64,000 nucleotides of DNA from Callorhinchus milii (GCF_018977255.1 NW_024704743.1:25608001-25672000), one strand, 5' to 3'. Counted from the first letter of the stretch, positions 39,931 through 52,758 are shown. Numbers and translations: made by a program. Notes: generated by a model not told the origin, from the sequence alone.

Positions 39931-41509
39931 ATAGTTTACAGGGAGTAAACATTTATAAATGGTTTGTAGGGAGTGCCTGAAAATTCCACAGTCATGATGC
40001 ATAATAAGCATTTAAAGATAGTAATCTGAACATCCAACAAATGCCTAAAGGTGTCAGCTTGCCTCATATTTTGCACGCTCGCCTCTGAGTCACAAGACCA
40101 CAGGCTCAAGCAAAAATTGTTAGAATTGGTCTCAACACTTGTGGGTTAGAGAGGAAAAACTCAGTGTACTTGCTCTTCATTACTGTCCAGTGACCTCTGC
40201 TGGAAAGTATGTGTATATGTTGGATGAGAAGAATAGCCCAATCCAGTATATCCCCAGCACTACAGCAAATCTCCCCCGCGCACCCACCCCCCCGCACCCC
40301 AAAGAGAGTCCAGCAACAAAGCATCCAGACTTTCCTATTTATAAACGGTTTTACTAATAAATGGACAAAGATTTTGAAGCAAAATAATACAGAAGGGTAC
40401 AGGGAAAGAGCGGGGAACTGTGATTAGAATAATTTGCTCCAGTGAAGGAGCAAGCACCAGTTTAGGAGCTGGTACAACTTACCTGGAATTTGCTATTTAC
40501 AAAGCCCTGTGTGAATCTCACAAACTGGTTGAATGGCCTCTTCATAGGCTTTCTTTCTCCTGCCCATTATCAACAGTGCAGCATTTTGCTTCTCTGCAAA
40601 GCATTAAAGCACTGCACGTCACCATTGCCTGTCTAGTCAATTACATGTGACAAATCTACTTATTCATTAGCGTTTGCCAATATGAGCACCTGCCAGATAA
40701 TAAAACGTTCTTCAGTAATTGAATAGCTTTAGGGGTGACCTCTCCCAGTTTGGGGATATACCGCTGCATTGTTATAGGAGAGATTACTGGGATTGTGAGG
40801 GTTTGATGCCTGGAATGTTATGGCTGTTATTTACTGGACTTTTGTTTTTATTATTACAGACCAAACAAAACTTACCTTACCTCTATCTTAAGGACAAAAC
40901 ACAGCTTAGATACCCCTGATACTCCCGACAGAACCAAACATAAGCTGTAGAATATTTTATAAAGGAAGCTAACTCGCCTCCTGGCTCCACTTGTGAGTGA
41001 AATAATGAAATTCTTTTGGTGAGAACCTTTTTCGGGAGTGAGAAATGCTATTGTGTTTTGCAAAGAAACAGTTGTCCACCAATATTCAATCTTAAAGTTC
41101 AACACAAATGGCCCCTCAACACCACAATGAATTTCTCTGGAGTGAAAACCCTGGCTGATTTTTTTTTCTTTTCCTCCTCTTAGCCCAAGTGAATTAGATC
41201 AAACTGTAGTTATCCAGACCGTTCCAGCTGGGTAAAAGCAGCCAATTCGGTACAAAGTTTCTGTTCCTTCTCATCTGTCCTGCATTCGGCCATAGTACAG
41301 TTTCTCACAAGTCAGAGTCTTTAATAACCGAGCCATGCGGGAATCTCAGAAATGACACTTCCAAGAAGTGTTTGCGATTTAGTTTCCACTTACCACATCC
41401 TTTTTAAAATGAGTTTCATTATATATGCTTGTCAAAATCAGCTTCTGAGATTTAAAAAAAAGTGACATACTTTAATTTCACAGATTTCACCTGAAATTTA
41501 CCATGGTCT

Positions 41510-41922
41510 TAGCCTTGAGAACATCTTGTTCAGTTAGAGTAGGTCGAGCTGAATAAGCAGCTTGCCAGACAGTGCTTTCAGTGGCAAGTGATGTGGATTT
41601 AGCTGGTTAAACTCCAGCCTTAACCCAATACACACTCAGGGATCCCCAAGCCTTGCTGTTGCCAACCTGCACCTGATACTTTCTGGAAGTAAGTAAACAG
41701 GGTGCGTCCTCCTCATTTGGGACATCCAACCAACATGAAAGACGTTGTATAAATGTAATTTATTGTTATTGTCTCTCTGGGGAGCGGTTCCACATTTCAT
41801 TCCCAACACAGGAATTTCTGTGATGGGGCATGCATGGAACTTTTAGTTTGGCATAGATACTTTTAAGCATGGTGATTGGTTTCCGACTGTGTCAGAAACT
41901 CGGCTGAACAAATAAAAAAAAA
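41510..41922 (+). mobile_element. 3' end of the poly(A)-tailed non-LTR element, with a short L2 tail inserted
   Basis: Reverse complement of the 33618/62676 copies; ends in an A-run; L2 tail at about 41715-41770. Confidence 0.55.
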
Positions 41923-43524
41923 GACCATCTTCTCCTTTCAGAACTCCATTTAGAGCTCTGCACCATGTTTTTTCCCGCACCAGGCTCTGTGAGCTTCATG
42001 ATCCCTATCCTCGCTCCAATGGGCTCCCCAACCCCACAGCACAGCGATGGCCAACTCTCAGCCCTCGGGCCACATGAAGGCTACATTACCATGCCTAAAA
42101 AGGTAATATGTGGTCATACTTTGCCATCCCTGGCCCAGCAGATCAAATTCAAGATTCTCAACCTCTCATTCAAATGCCATTCAGACGATTCAAAGACGTG
42201 ATAAGGCGCTATATAAACTGCAAGTATTATTATGGTCTCGCACCACCCGATCTCTGCAAGCTCCTATAAATGTTGTTGTCGTCCTTCACATTTACCATTG
42301 CGTATAATTTTGGAAAATTCTTAATTTCAGTTTTAATTTTTTTAAAAAAAACTATGGAGAAATGGTTTCCAAATTCAAGAATCATGTGAAATTCTGCACA
42401 ATTTTAAGACAAAACAGTCTTAGGGCGGAGACCATTGGACCATGGAGGTTTGAAAAAAGAAATATATTTTCAATCTAACAATTGTTTACACAGGCCTGAC
42501 GAGAAAGCACAGCATCAAACAAACCTCCCGGCTAGCCGGACTAATGGTGGGGGAAAGGCAATCCAGTCCAGTGAGCTGGAATTTCCAGCTAGGTATAATT
42601 ACAATGTTGGTATTGGTATTTTTCAAAAATGCCCGTAAATGCCAGTACCAGCATTGTAATTGTTCAAAGCCTGCGAGCAGACTCTACATTCAAACAATCT
42701 TTTAAGTTCTCCAGGCTGGCAGAGGATGGTGAAGCTGCACATTGTGGTGTTGGCACGTGCCAGGAGAATTAGCAGTCAGGACCCTCCAGAAATGTAAAAA
42801 ACATTTGGTTTGGTGCTTGGTCCAGCTAGGTTAATATTCTGAATCGACGGAGTCCAGTACGATGGCGATTTACTGTGCATATAGAATAAGAGACCGGAGA
42901 TAATGTGAGGAAAGGTAATGAAAATAATCCACGCATTTGTTATAGTGCCTTTCATGTCCAGTCTCAAGATGCTTCACAGTAAAATGTAAAGGCTGTATTT
43001 TGTAGGCAAACATATTCGAGTAGAAATACATCATCAATTCAAATGCAACCTTGATAAGCTCAGAGTCTCTGAATCCTGGCTGCAGACAGGATTTATGGTA
43101 TTTATCTGTGTCCGGAAAAAAACGGTCAATATGTATTCGAAGATATTGCCATCAAAATTGGCATTGGTTTCTTTTTGTTTTGGCAAAAAATAGGAGTAGA
43201 TTATTTTAAATGTCCACTCCTTAAAAACACATTTTCTTTTTCATTTAATTTGTGTCCTTTTTATATCAGAAACATGTACTGGTGCTCTGAAAATATAAAC
43301 CCACAGTTGATTGCATCAAATCACTTCATCCTCTTATGACACTTTAACTGCAGTGTAATCTTATAATGTAGAAATGCACTTCTGCATAATATGTACAAGA
43401 ATATTATTTAACCCTACAAGGATATAACGTGTGATTACACACAAAGTGGCAACAGCACGTGTTAACATATACTAGCATCTTGATTACAAATAAAGTGTCT
43501 CATTTCGTTTCTTCTTTCTCTGTC

Positions 43525-43710
43525 CAACCCAACCGGCACCCACCCCCCTCCCTCCCCTCACCCGCCCAACAACCTTGGCTTATGTATTATCATTAGACGA
43601 GGTCCCAAAGCTTATTTCTGTCAGAGAATGCAATCGCTGCTGCACTGCAGCTCTGCTCCATGCTGTGGGTATAAACTGCCTGTTCCCTGGCTGACTCGAC
43701 TCAGTACTCC
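43525..43710 (+). promoter_or_regulatory. Candidate internal core promoter
   Basis: CACCC/CCGCCC-rich tract at about 43525-43570, TATAAA at 43670-43675, Inr-like TCAGT at 43701-43705, in non-repeat sequence just before the candidate exon. Confidence 0.5.
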
Positions 43711-43824
43711 TCATCCAGAGCTGGTGGATTAGACACAAAGTCTTGGACTCTAGAGACGAGGAGACACTTGTCACCTCCTTCTGCTTTTCTACGGCAAATT
43801 AACTGGAAACAATAGACCTGCAAC

Positions 43825-43852
43825 ATGAATGAACAGGATGGTTCGAGCCAGG
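43825..43852 (+). CDS. Candidate alternative first coding exon (MNEQDGSSQ-G) of the same gene
   Basis: aacATG with A at -3; in-frame TAG at 43813 upstream; no ATG between the TATA box and this start; strong donor AGG|gtgagt (43853-43858) in phase 1, same as exon 1a. Confidence 0.6.
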
Positions 43853-44479
43853 GTGAGTGGGAGAGCGTAGAATGCTGTTGCTGCTTCAATTTTTTTTATA
43901 TACTATATGTTTGCATATATATATTTCTTCCATACCCTTCCCCCTCCCCCCAGCCCACTCCCACCTTTTCTTTTCTGATCTCAGCGCTCATGCCATCGAT
44001 TGCAAGGTTAAATTGAACTCGTTTTGACAAAGCAATTTCAGGTTGAATTGAAGCCTTTGTCAAAGATGTGCTGTGCGAGAGGTTGTGTCAGGGGAGCTGG
44101 CGTGAAGTGCTGAATTTGTTTTAATTAATGCTGTCGCAGTGATGCTTCGGGAGATGTTCTTTCACCTGGCGCCACTTTCATTTTAGTGCTTGTTGACTGG
44201 AAACAAATGCAGGAGGAGGTAGTGTTCAGTTACGTAAAGGGATTAAAACAACAGCATTGGTCCTTCATTTGTATTTTAGTATAACAGAAATCCTTCTGGT
44301 CGGTGCAATATAACTCATTCAATAAAAGATTGCCACAGGGGTATAGGTTAGTCTCTGTTACAGAATAGATTTTTTTCAATTCACTAAGTCTCTTGCATTA
44401 TTAATGCCTCCTTTTGCTATAGTGCTCTGCATTAATTGTTCCCCTTTGAACGTCATTTATTTCTTGAAATCTTGCTTAT

Positions 44480-44816
44480 GGAGTCCCGTAATGTAGTGGT
44501 TAGCAAGCTCGCCTCGCAAGCGAGAGGACCCGGGTTCGATTCCTGGGTGGGGTGCAACCTTAGGTAAGTTTCATTACTCCAGAACCCGGTTGTTAGTTGA
44601 TTGGCGGTTCACTTTCCGGGGGTAATAATCCCTCAAAAAAATAATAATTTGGTCATTCAGTCAACTGTGTGTGGGATACTGCTGTATGCAATTAGCTACC
44701 ATGTTTCGCCCACAAAATAATCAGTCAATTCACTTTACAATATATTCTGTGAAGCAATTTGAGGCGTCTCAACAACATTTTAAGACTCCATATCAATTGC
44801 AAGGATTAGTATTATT
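44480..44816 (+). mobile_element. tRNA-derived SINE (family A, CGC anticodon variant)
   Basis: ctcgcctcgcaagcgag..ggttcgattcc; body and tail present. Confidence 0.85.
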
Positions 44817-46789
44817 GTTGTGCGGTCTTGTTTAAGATCCTGAGGCGATATTGCGAAAAGGAAATTTGAATGAAGGATCTTCAAATAAAATTATAAAGTG
44901 ATCACTAATGCTAGGCACGTGGATGAAACAGCCAGTTTATGGAACAGTCTAGCTGAAGTACTGGTCACAGTTGATGCAAGACTATTAATGAAAGGACACA
45001 ATCCTTCTCACACACTCGGTTTTCTGTCGCACGTTTAGTAACATTGGTAAGTTTTTCCTTCTAGGTGTTTCACTGATTATTCTGATGTGACGGTGATGGA
45101 GTTTAAAGCGAGAAGGATGTGCCTTGTGCATCACTGACTCATGAGACTTATTATTGGGATATTACAACATTTCATTGAAAGTAATGGAGAAAAGAAAAAC
45201 TTTTCTTGGAACACATTGTAGAGCCCCTTTCTATCCCTGGATGGCTGGCTGGGTTTCCAGTGTTAAATGTAGGGACATGCAATATCTTACTTTGAGAATT
45301 TCTCTACGTGATATAGTTTTTCTATCTAGCATTGCTATATTTGTTCCCCTTTGAATGTCAATTATTGAAGATTTGCAAGGTGGTCTTGTTTAAGATAAAG
45401 TATCTAGCATTCATACCGTCTAGCAAGTCCTTGAGAATTGACAATCAAAGCGGAGCTGTCATACCAATGCTAGGTACTTAAACAAGTCAGGGATTGCGAT
45501 CCTCAGTAAGACTTCTAACAGGTACAGTAAACTGTGAGTCTTCCTCTTTAACATCTAACAATCATTATATTTGATATAGAACCTTATATGGAAATATCTT
45601 TGCCTACAAAATACATAGTCACTACACTTCACAGTCAATCCTGTGAAGAGGTTTGAGGCATTCTCCCCACATAAAAGGTACTGCATCAAATGTAATGATT
45701 ATTATAATTTAAAACAGCAGTCAATTTGCACGCAGTGGTATCTCCCAACTGGCCATTAGGTGAATGACCAATATCGTCTTTGTATTAAACCACTGACTGA
45801 TGCAGAGTGGGCAGAGGTAATGGAGCGCAAATGTAACCCATGAAATGTGTTGGCTGGCACTGGTGACAGCGAGCATGTACAGGATTTAGGGATATGTTGG
45901 ACTTTTTGCAAATCATTGCATTGCGTGATGACACAAATAGCATATGACTCAGTGACTGGCTCTTAAAATTTGAGAATGGGTCAATGAAGCAACCTCAGGG
46001 TGGTACAGTAAACCTATTTCAGGGACAATGCAATGACCTGGAGATCAGAGTTCAAACTCCGAACTGGCCTTCAAAATGAACAGCAACTTTGATTTAAAAT
46101 GTGAAAGGAGGGCTGCAGTTCCTTGACCTGCAATAGCCTTGCATTTCAGCAGAGAGCACAACTCCAATACATACATAGAGATTTGTGTGTTAAAAATCCT
46201 TTAGGAGAGCAAATACACTTCAGTACTCATGTTCTGTGGTAAGTTAATAGTTTCACAAAACAGATTTAATAAAACTGACCTCTAATCTAAATCCAAAGCT
46301 TAACGGGAAATGCATTTATTTAATAAAAAAAAACGACTGCAGAGATTTACTGAGATTCAGACTTAGTAAAAGTCACTGAAATATCCGAATCTGTCAGGTT
46401 TGTATTTCTTTTTGTTCTTATTCCCATCGAAGAGATGATACGCTGGAGTACCCCCCTCTCAGATTATGGCAGCCCTCTGCTACCTCGACCGAATGCCAGG
46501 CTTCATTTGTTAGCCAAAACTGGAAACATTGGTAGGATTATCGACCGTGTGCAGGTATCAAAGCGGTGTTCAATGCTGTCCCACAGGATTCCTTTGATCC
46601 ATCAAGTTCTAAATCAAATAGCCACAAATCTTTTAGTTGAAAGTGACTTTAATAGTGCCTTTTTGAAACTGTTCCACCATTTGTGCAGGTAGTTTGTCCT
46701 AAATGTCTATCACTCTATATTTTAAAAAATCATCTGCATTGTTATGCGCTTTTATTGTTCTTATTTGGTTCCGTTGATGGTGCTTCCGC

Positions 46790-47190
46790 CCTCGGATCAG
46801 TAGGTTGTGAGTTCAGGCCCCACATCGAGACTTAGAACTCATATCATCTAAACTGACACTCCAGTGCAGTGCTGCAAGTGTGCTTCATTATTGGTGCTTC
46901 GGATGAAACATTAAACTGAGGTCCTGTCTGCCTGTTCAGGTGGATGTTAAAGATCCCAATGGCACTATTTGCAAAATGAACAGTTTCTCCATTGTCCTGG
47001 CCAACAATCCCAAATTTTTTTAAAAAAAGGAATGGTCAATCACTTTGTGGGGCTTTGCCGTGTGGAGATTAGCTTCCACTGTCACCCACAAAACACACAG
47101 TCACACCACTTTACAGCATATTCCATGAAGCACTTTATGACATCCTCCTAATGGGGAAAGGCACTGTACCAAATGTGAAGTATTATTATT
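46790..47190 (+). mobile_element. Deu-domain SINE
   Basis: gaggtcctgtctgcctgttcaggtggatgttaaagatccca. Confidence 0.8.
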
Positions 47191-48129
47191 TTGAAAATAT
47201 GATCCTTTGAAATTTAATTTTACACCAATCATAGAAACGTGTCTGCATCCACACTTTCCAAACGTCTCTTAAAAAACCACTGACAAGTTTCCCCTTTCGT
47301 TTTCCCTGATCAAGAGACAAGAGATTCAAGGGCAACCAACCTGTCCTTGTAGCTTTGTCGCTTAAATTTGGGGTTCTTACAATTAGAAAAATGACTTGCG
47401 CACATGAAATCAACGCAGGCCCACTGAACTCTATTAGCGTTCATTCACACTACATTTGAAACCATCTGAAACCAAATCATTTTAGGTTTGTGTGACCTGG
47501 CCCTAGATTGAAATTTCCAAACATTGAACTGCTGTGGACTTTGAAAAGAAATGGAGTGAGAATTGACATTTGATGCCCACAATTCCATCTATTGTGAGCC
47601 TGCAAGGCTATTTTCTCTCAGAATTTAAGATTGCGCAGACTGGTGGATAATATGTGCTCTGAGACATTGCATCACTTGAGGGACACTATATAAATGCAAG
47701 TTGTGGTTTGCTGCTGTTGTAGTTAACATATTGACTGGCGCAAGCTTATTGCTTTCTGACTTCTGATATCAACTGCAGATTACTGCTCATTGCTCCAAAC
47801 TGAATAAGAATACAAGCGAGCAGTTATAGAACGGCAGAACTGTTCTATAACTTCCCTCACATTCAGTTTTTATCCTGAGAAGTTTTTTTTATTATTGCCT
47901 GAAAGCTAAATGTGCTTTTATTGATTTTTTTGTTGCTTGGGCACTCCAGAGTATCTGTTGCAGTAATGAAGGAGATTAACCAGTTTTCACTGCATCGTTT
48001 GTCATTTGAAAGCACTATCTGGCAAGCTTCCTGCTGCTTGTTGAGCCAGGTCCACAATACGTACCTGTCAGAGCTTTGGCTTACAGGGTTAACAGAAGCT
48101 TATTATTGCTCTAACCAATACGCTACAAT

Positions 48130-48370
48130 ACCTGTGGGATATTCGTTAGAGCACTCGCCTCGCAAACATGGGAACCTGGGTTCGATTCCGGGCAGAACAA
48201 AACGTTAGGCAAATTTCCTGACTCCACACGAATATGTTTACCGAGCTGTAAGTAGGAGCCCGGGTGTTAGTCGATTGGTGGGTTGCTTTTCCGGGGGTAA
48301 TAATCCCTTCAAAATAATAATAATAATTTGGTTGCTCAATCCACGACTGTTTGTGGGACACTGCAGTGCG
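48130..48370 (+). mobile_element. tRNA-derived SINE (family A), 3' part missing
   Basis: Head and body end at gggacactgcagtgcg. Confidence 0.8.
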
Positions 48371-49512
48371 GTCTTGTTTAAGATCCTGAGGCGATGTTGC
48401 GAAAAAGAAGTTTGGAGGAAGGATCTTCGAATAGAATTATAAAGTGCATCACCAATGCGAGGCACATGGATGAAACAGCTGGTTTATGCAACAAAAATGT
48501 GCAGTTTAGCTGAAGCACTGGAAACATTTGATGCTGGACAGTTAATGAAGGATTATTATCTTCTCTTGAGATGATATTTCTGTATTCTATGCTTGAAAAG
48601 ATTTTTTTTAAAACAGTAAAAAAGATAACTAGATTGTAATATGGAGCTAAGTGTGATCTCAGCACCATAATGAGTTATCTAATTATAGCACCGACTTTGT
48701 AATCAGCCCAATTAGAAACTGGCACTGCATCAGCGTGTTTGTACAATGTAATCTTAGGACTAAATATAAATAATTTTTATGGATCACATTAATAAAGTAG
48801 AATACTGTACATACATTTTGTGCAACAGATGTCATAACATGTGGAGCAGTGTTACCTTCCAGCAGTTCAATGTAGGTGTATTTGCTCCAATCTTACAGAA
48901 GTAAGTGAAAGCAGTTAACAGTGTAAGTGTTGTAAGGAAAACTGCTGCATGTGTCATAGACAGTGGATGAGAGGGCATAATTATAAAGGAATTTGCAGCT
49001 CACTTTTTAGCTGATTGTATCACCTGAGCTCACGGTTTCTGACCGTCAGCGCTGTCTGTACCCCTTAATGAGATTACTGTCTTGTCATCACGCTCAATGG
49101 CCATCATCCTCTAACTAATTGAAATTGAAAGAGTTCAGGTTTGTTTCTGATATCTCTAAAGGGGCACTGCTACTGTAATCAAGTGCCTTTCAGGTCACAT
49201 CGACGTGCATTCTCATGGAAGTGAGAGAGGCGTGACTGGAACTTTGGGTGGCAGATGGAGCAAGAGTACCGACTACGGCAGAGGCTGGGAGTTTGTTGTA
49301 AGGCTGAGGTGTTCACATGATGCACACTGTTAATGGGAAGTGCAGCATGTTTATCAGCACCGTCTGAATCCCAAGGTGTGTTGGTTCCTGGAAACGCACT
49401 CTAGCCTGATGGTGCTCTTGAGGGTAGATCCAAGAGGAACATCGTCGACGTAGCTTGGGCTAGAAGGGTATCAGCCCCCCACCCCTCCCATCTATCTACA
49501 GCTCACCTCCTT

Positions 49513-50001
49513 GTGTCAGCCTGGTCCAGTTGTAGCACTATCGCCTCTGAATCAGAAGGTTGTAGGTTCAAGACCCGTATCAGGACTTAGAATTACATAG
49601 TCTAAGCTGACGCTCCAGTGCATTGCTGGGGATGTGTTGTATTATCGGAAGTGCTGTCCATTGGATGAAACATTTTTAAAAAAGTGGATGTTAAAGATCC
49701 CATGACACTGTTTGAAAAGAGAAGGGAGTTTCTCCTGGTGTCCTGGTCAACAATCCCCCAAATAAACTTGGACACTCTATCCAAGGTTTTTATGGGACTT
49801 TGCTGTACGCAAATTTGCTGCTGTGTTCGCCCACAAAATAGTCAATTCGCTGTACAGTATATGCTGTGAAGCGCTTTGAGACATCTTTGACGACATGATA
49901 AGGCGTTCTATCAAATGCAAGGATTATTAATAGTAGTATTATAATAACATAATAATAATAATAATAACAATCCTTGCATTTGATATAGCACCTTATCACG
50001 T
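49513..50001 (+). mobile_element. Deu-domain SINE followed by an inverted SINE tail
   Basis: Head gtagcactatcgcctctgaatcagaagg; Deu body; two tails face each other across (AAT)n. Confidence 0.8.
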
Positions 50002-50704
50002 CTTAATAAGGGAAGCTGGGAGGGGAAAGCCCTGAGGAGGACCACAGCCAATTCTCCGAGCAGCCTAAAACCTCAGCACCGCAGGCCCCCTCTTGCCCCT
50101 CTTCCCAACTCATCAACGGCGCCCGCCCACTTCCATGTCCAGTTTACTGCTCGTTGGGGCATCCTCACCTCTGATTGCCCAATGGACCTGTCAGGCAAGC
50201 CAACGGTTAACCTGTCTTAAAGGGGACCGACCAACAAATATTTTCACCTGCTGGCTATGAAGAGGGATCTGGGGGGAATATTTCTTTCCATTATTGTAGC
50301 CATGGGAGTCTTGGGAAACGGTGACTGACACCTTCTAGGCTTCTGTAAACTAGTGTTGTAACGTCCACTCTAGCTGTATGCAGGATTTATTTCTCGGTAC
50401 AACAACAGCTTGCATTTATATTGCGCCCTTCACAAGGGGTAGGTCTCGGAGCACTTAAATAAAGCAGGCTATTAAATACCACCTTTGATTAAAATCTCAT
50501 AAGAAGGGCCCCAGGTTCCATTGTTGGTCAGTCCTGCGTTCGCTGAAGAGACAGTAGATATACGCCATAATTCAGCTTCATGCTGCTGAGCTAAGAGACT
50601 AATCTGCCTGCTCCTGATTATTACACAGTGACTCCTGCTGGAAAGTGTATGCAGTCATAGCATTGCTTGCTCCATCTCCCTTGCTGTTCATCCTCTCACA
50701 TTGG

Positions 50705-51005
50705 AATAATAATAATAATAATCCTTGCATTTGATATAGCGCTTTTCACGTCAGGAGGACGTCCCAAAGCGCTTCACAGAACACACTATAAAGTGAATTG
50801 ACTGTATATTTGTGGGCGAACGCGGCAGCCAATTGCGCACAGCAATGTCCCACAAACAGTCGTAGATTGAAAATGACCAATTTAATTATTGTTTTTGGTT
50901 TTTTGGAGGGATTATTATTAGGTGTGTGGAGTAAGGAAACTTGCCCAAGGTTTCGCCCTGCCTGGAATTGAACTCAGGTCTCTCACTTGCAAAGCGAGTG
51001 CTCTA
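50705..51005 (-). mobile_element. tRNA-derived SINE (family A) with an L2-like tail loop
   Basis: Tail cacgtcaggaggacgtcccaaagcgct; head cacttgcaaagcgagtgctctaa. Confidence 0.85.
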
Positions 51006-52374
51006 ATGAGTTAACAGTGAATCTCACCATCAGTCTGTTTTGTTTTACTATGGGGCTAGGTCTCAGATTTTGTGGCCTTCAGGGAAGAGAGATGCTTTTG
51101 GAAAACATTTGAAGAATTGACAGCCCAAGAGACCAGAGTAAACTGATAAGCATCGCTATCTGGTATTGTCTCACTTTGCTTTTTGCTGGCACTCTGACTC
51201 AACAGCTGTTGGGCTGGCTGCAACCCATGTTTGCCTGCAAGCACACAGCCACTACACAGAATTGTAATTACTATGAAGCTTTTTGAGATGTTTCAACATG
51301 ATAGACATTGTCTAAATCACAGATTATCTTTGCTGCCTAAATGCGATGCACTTCTGTGTCTCACAAATAAAGCTGTCCTGCTTCCAGTAAAATGAACTTG
51401 TGCTGTGGATTCATCTCAAATTGCAACATGTAGCTCTGTTCCTACATATTGACAACAACATTTCGCCACCAGATTGTTGACTTGATCCTGGGCAGGTTCC
51501 CAGCGAAGCTTAAAGCATTAGGATATGGTATTCAGACCAGAAGATAAACCACCGCAGTAAAGAAAGTCCAATAATGTGTCTACACCGATGCATTTTACTG
51601 GGAAATGTGCCCTAAGTAATTGGTAGAGTTCCAGGCAATTTAGTTCAGATATTCCCAACATGTCATTTGTTAGTTTTTTTTACTGTATTATTTTTTGCCT
51701 CATTAATACTTGGTGAGCCCAGATATAAAGACAAAATAGTACATTTCATTAATATCTTTGTAAATCAATCAGACAGTGGACTTGTGACATTATACTTTCA
51801 GCTGTATGAGCAAAGAAACAATATCATAAATTAGACTCCTAAAGCCAGACAACGTGACACAGGGAAATATTGGTTCTTGGCTCCACTGATTGCGCCACGG
51901 GTAAAGACACTACCTGATCGGGAGAGCATTAATCCCCCTCAGGGGGATTACTGCAGTCTTATGTTAAAATAATAATAAGCTTTGCATTTGATACAGCAAA
52001 ATGTTGTCTATCACAGTGCTTCATAGGATATACTGTAAAGTGATATAAATTCAAATTGTTGTTGCTGAACTCTGAGGTGGTATTCTCTTAGGTCAAGGGA
52101 AATGCCAAATTAGTTCCTTATTAAGAAATACTGCAAACTAGACCCCATTCTTTTCCACGAATGGTATATGTAGTAAGTTCTTATCATTCCGATTGCAAGG
52201 CACTCCATCCACACAGCGCACCCAGTTTTGTTGCCATTCATTCCTGAATAAATTTCCTAGTCAGTAAGCAAGCTTTTAGTGCTTCAGCAGTTAGAGCACA
52301 GAATTCACCAGGAGAACAGCTCCAACATTCAGTCAGTACTTGATAATAAATCTTACACAATGTTTGCATTTTTT

Positions 52375-52758
52375 GGAGTTCTGTAGCTTCGTTCAGCGCC
52401 TTGGGACGTCCTCCCGACGTGAAAGGCGCTATACAAATGTAATCTTGTTGTGGTTAGAGCACTCGATTCGTAAGCAAGAGGACCTGGGTTCGATTCCCAA
52501 GGAGAGTGAAACATTGTGCAAGTTTCCTTACTCCACATCCGTTGTTTACCTAGCAGCAAGCAGGAATCCAGTTGTTAATAATCATAATTTGGTCACTCAA
52601 TCCGCGACTGTTTGCGGGACACTGCTGTGCGCAATTGACAGCCGTGTTTCACCCATAAAATATACAGTCACTTCACTTTACAGTATATTCTGTGAAGCGC
52701 TTTGAGACATCTCGAAGATGTGATAATTGCTGTATCAAATGTAAGGATTATTATTATT
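52375..52758 (+). mobile_element. tRNA-derived SINE (family A) with a 56-nt L2 tail inserted in its head
   Basis: ggagttctgtagct..[cagcgcc..ttgtt 52394-52449]..gtggttagagcactcg. Confidence 0.8.

Noticed and set aside
49047..49060. REST/RE1 site like the one in KCC2
   Set aside because: Only the GCGCTGTC half is present; no correctly spaced second half.
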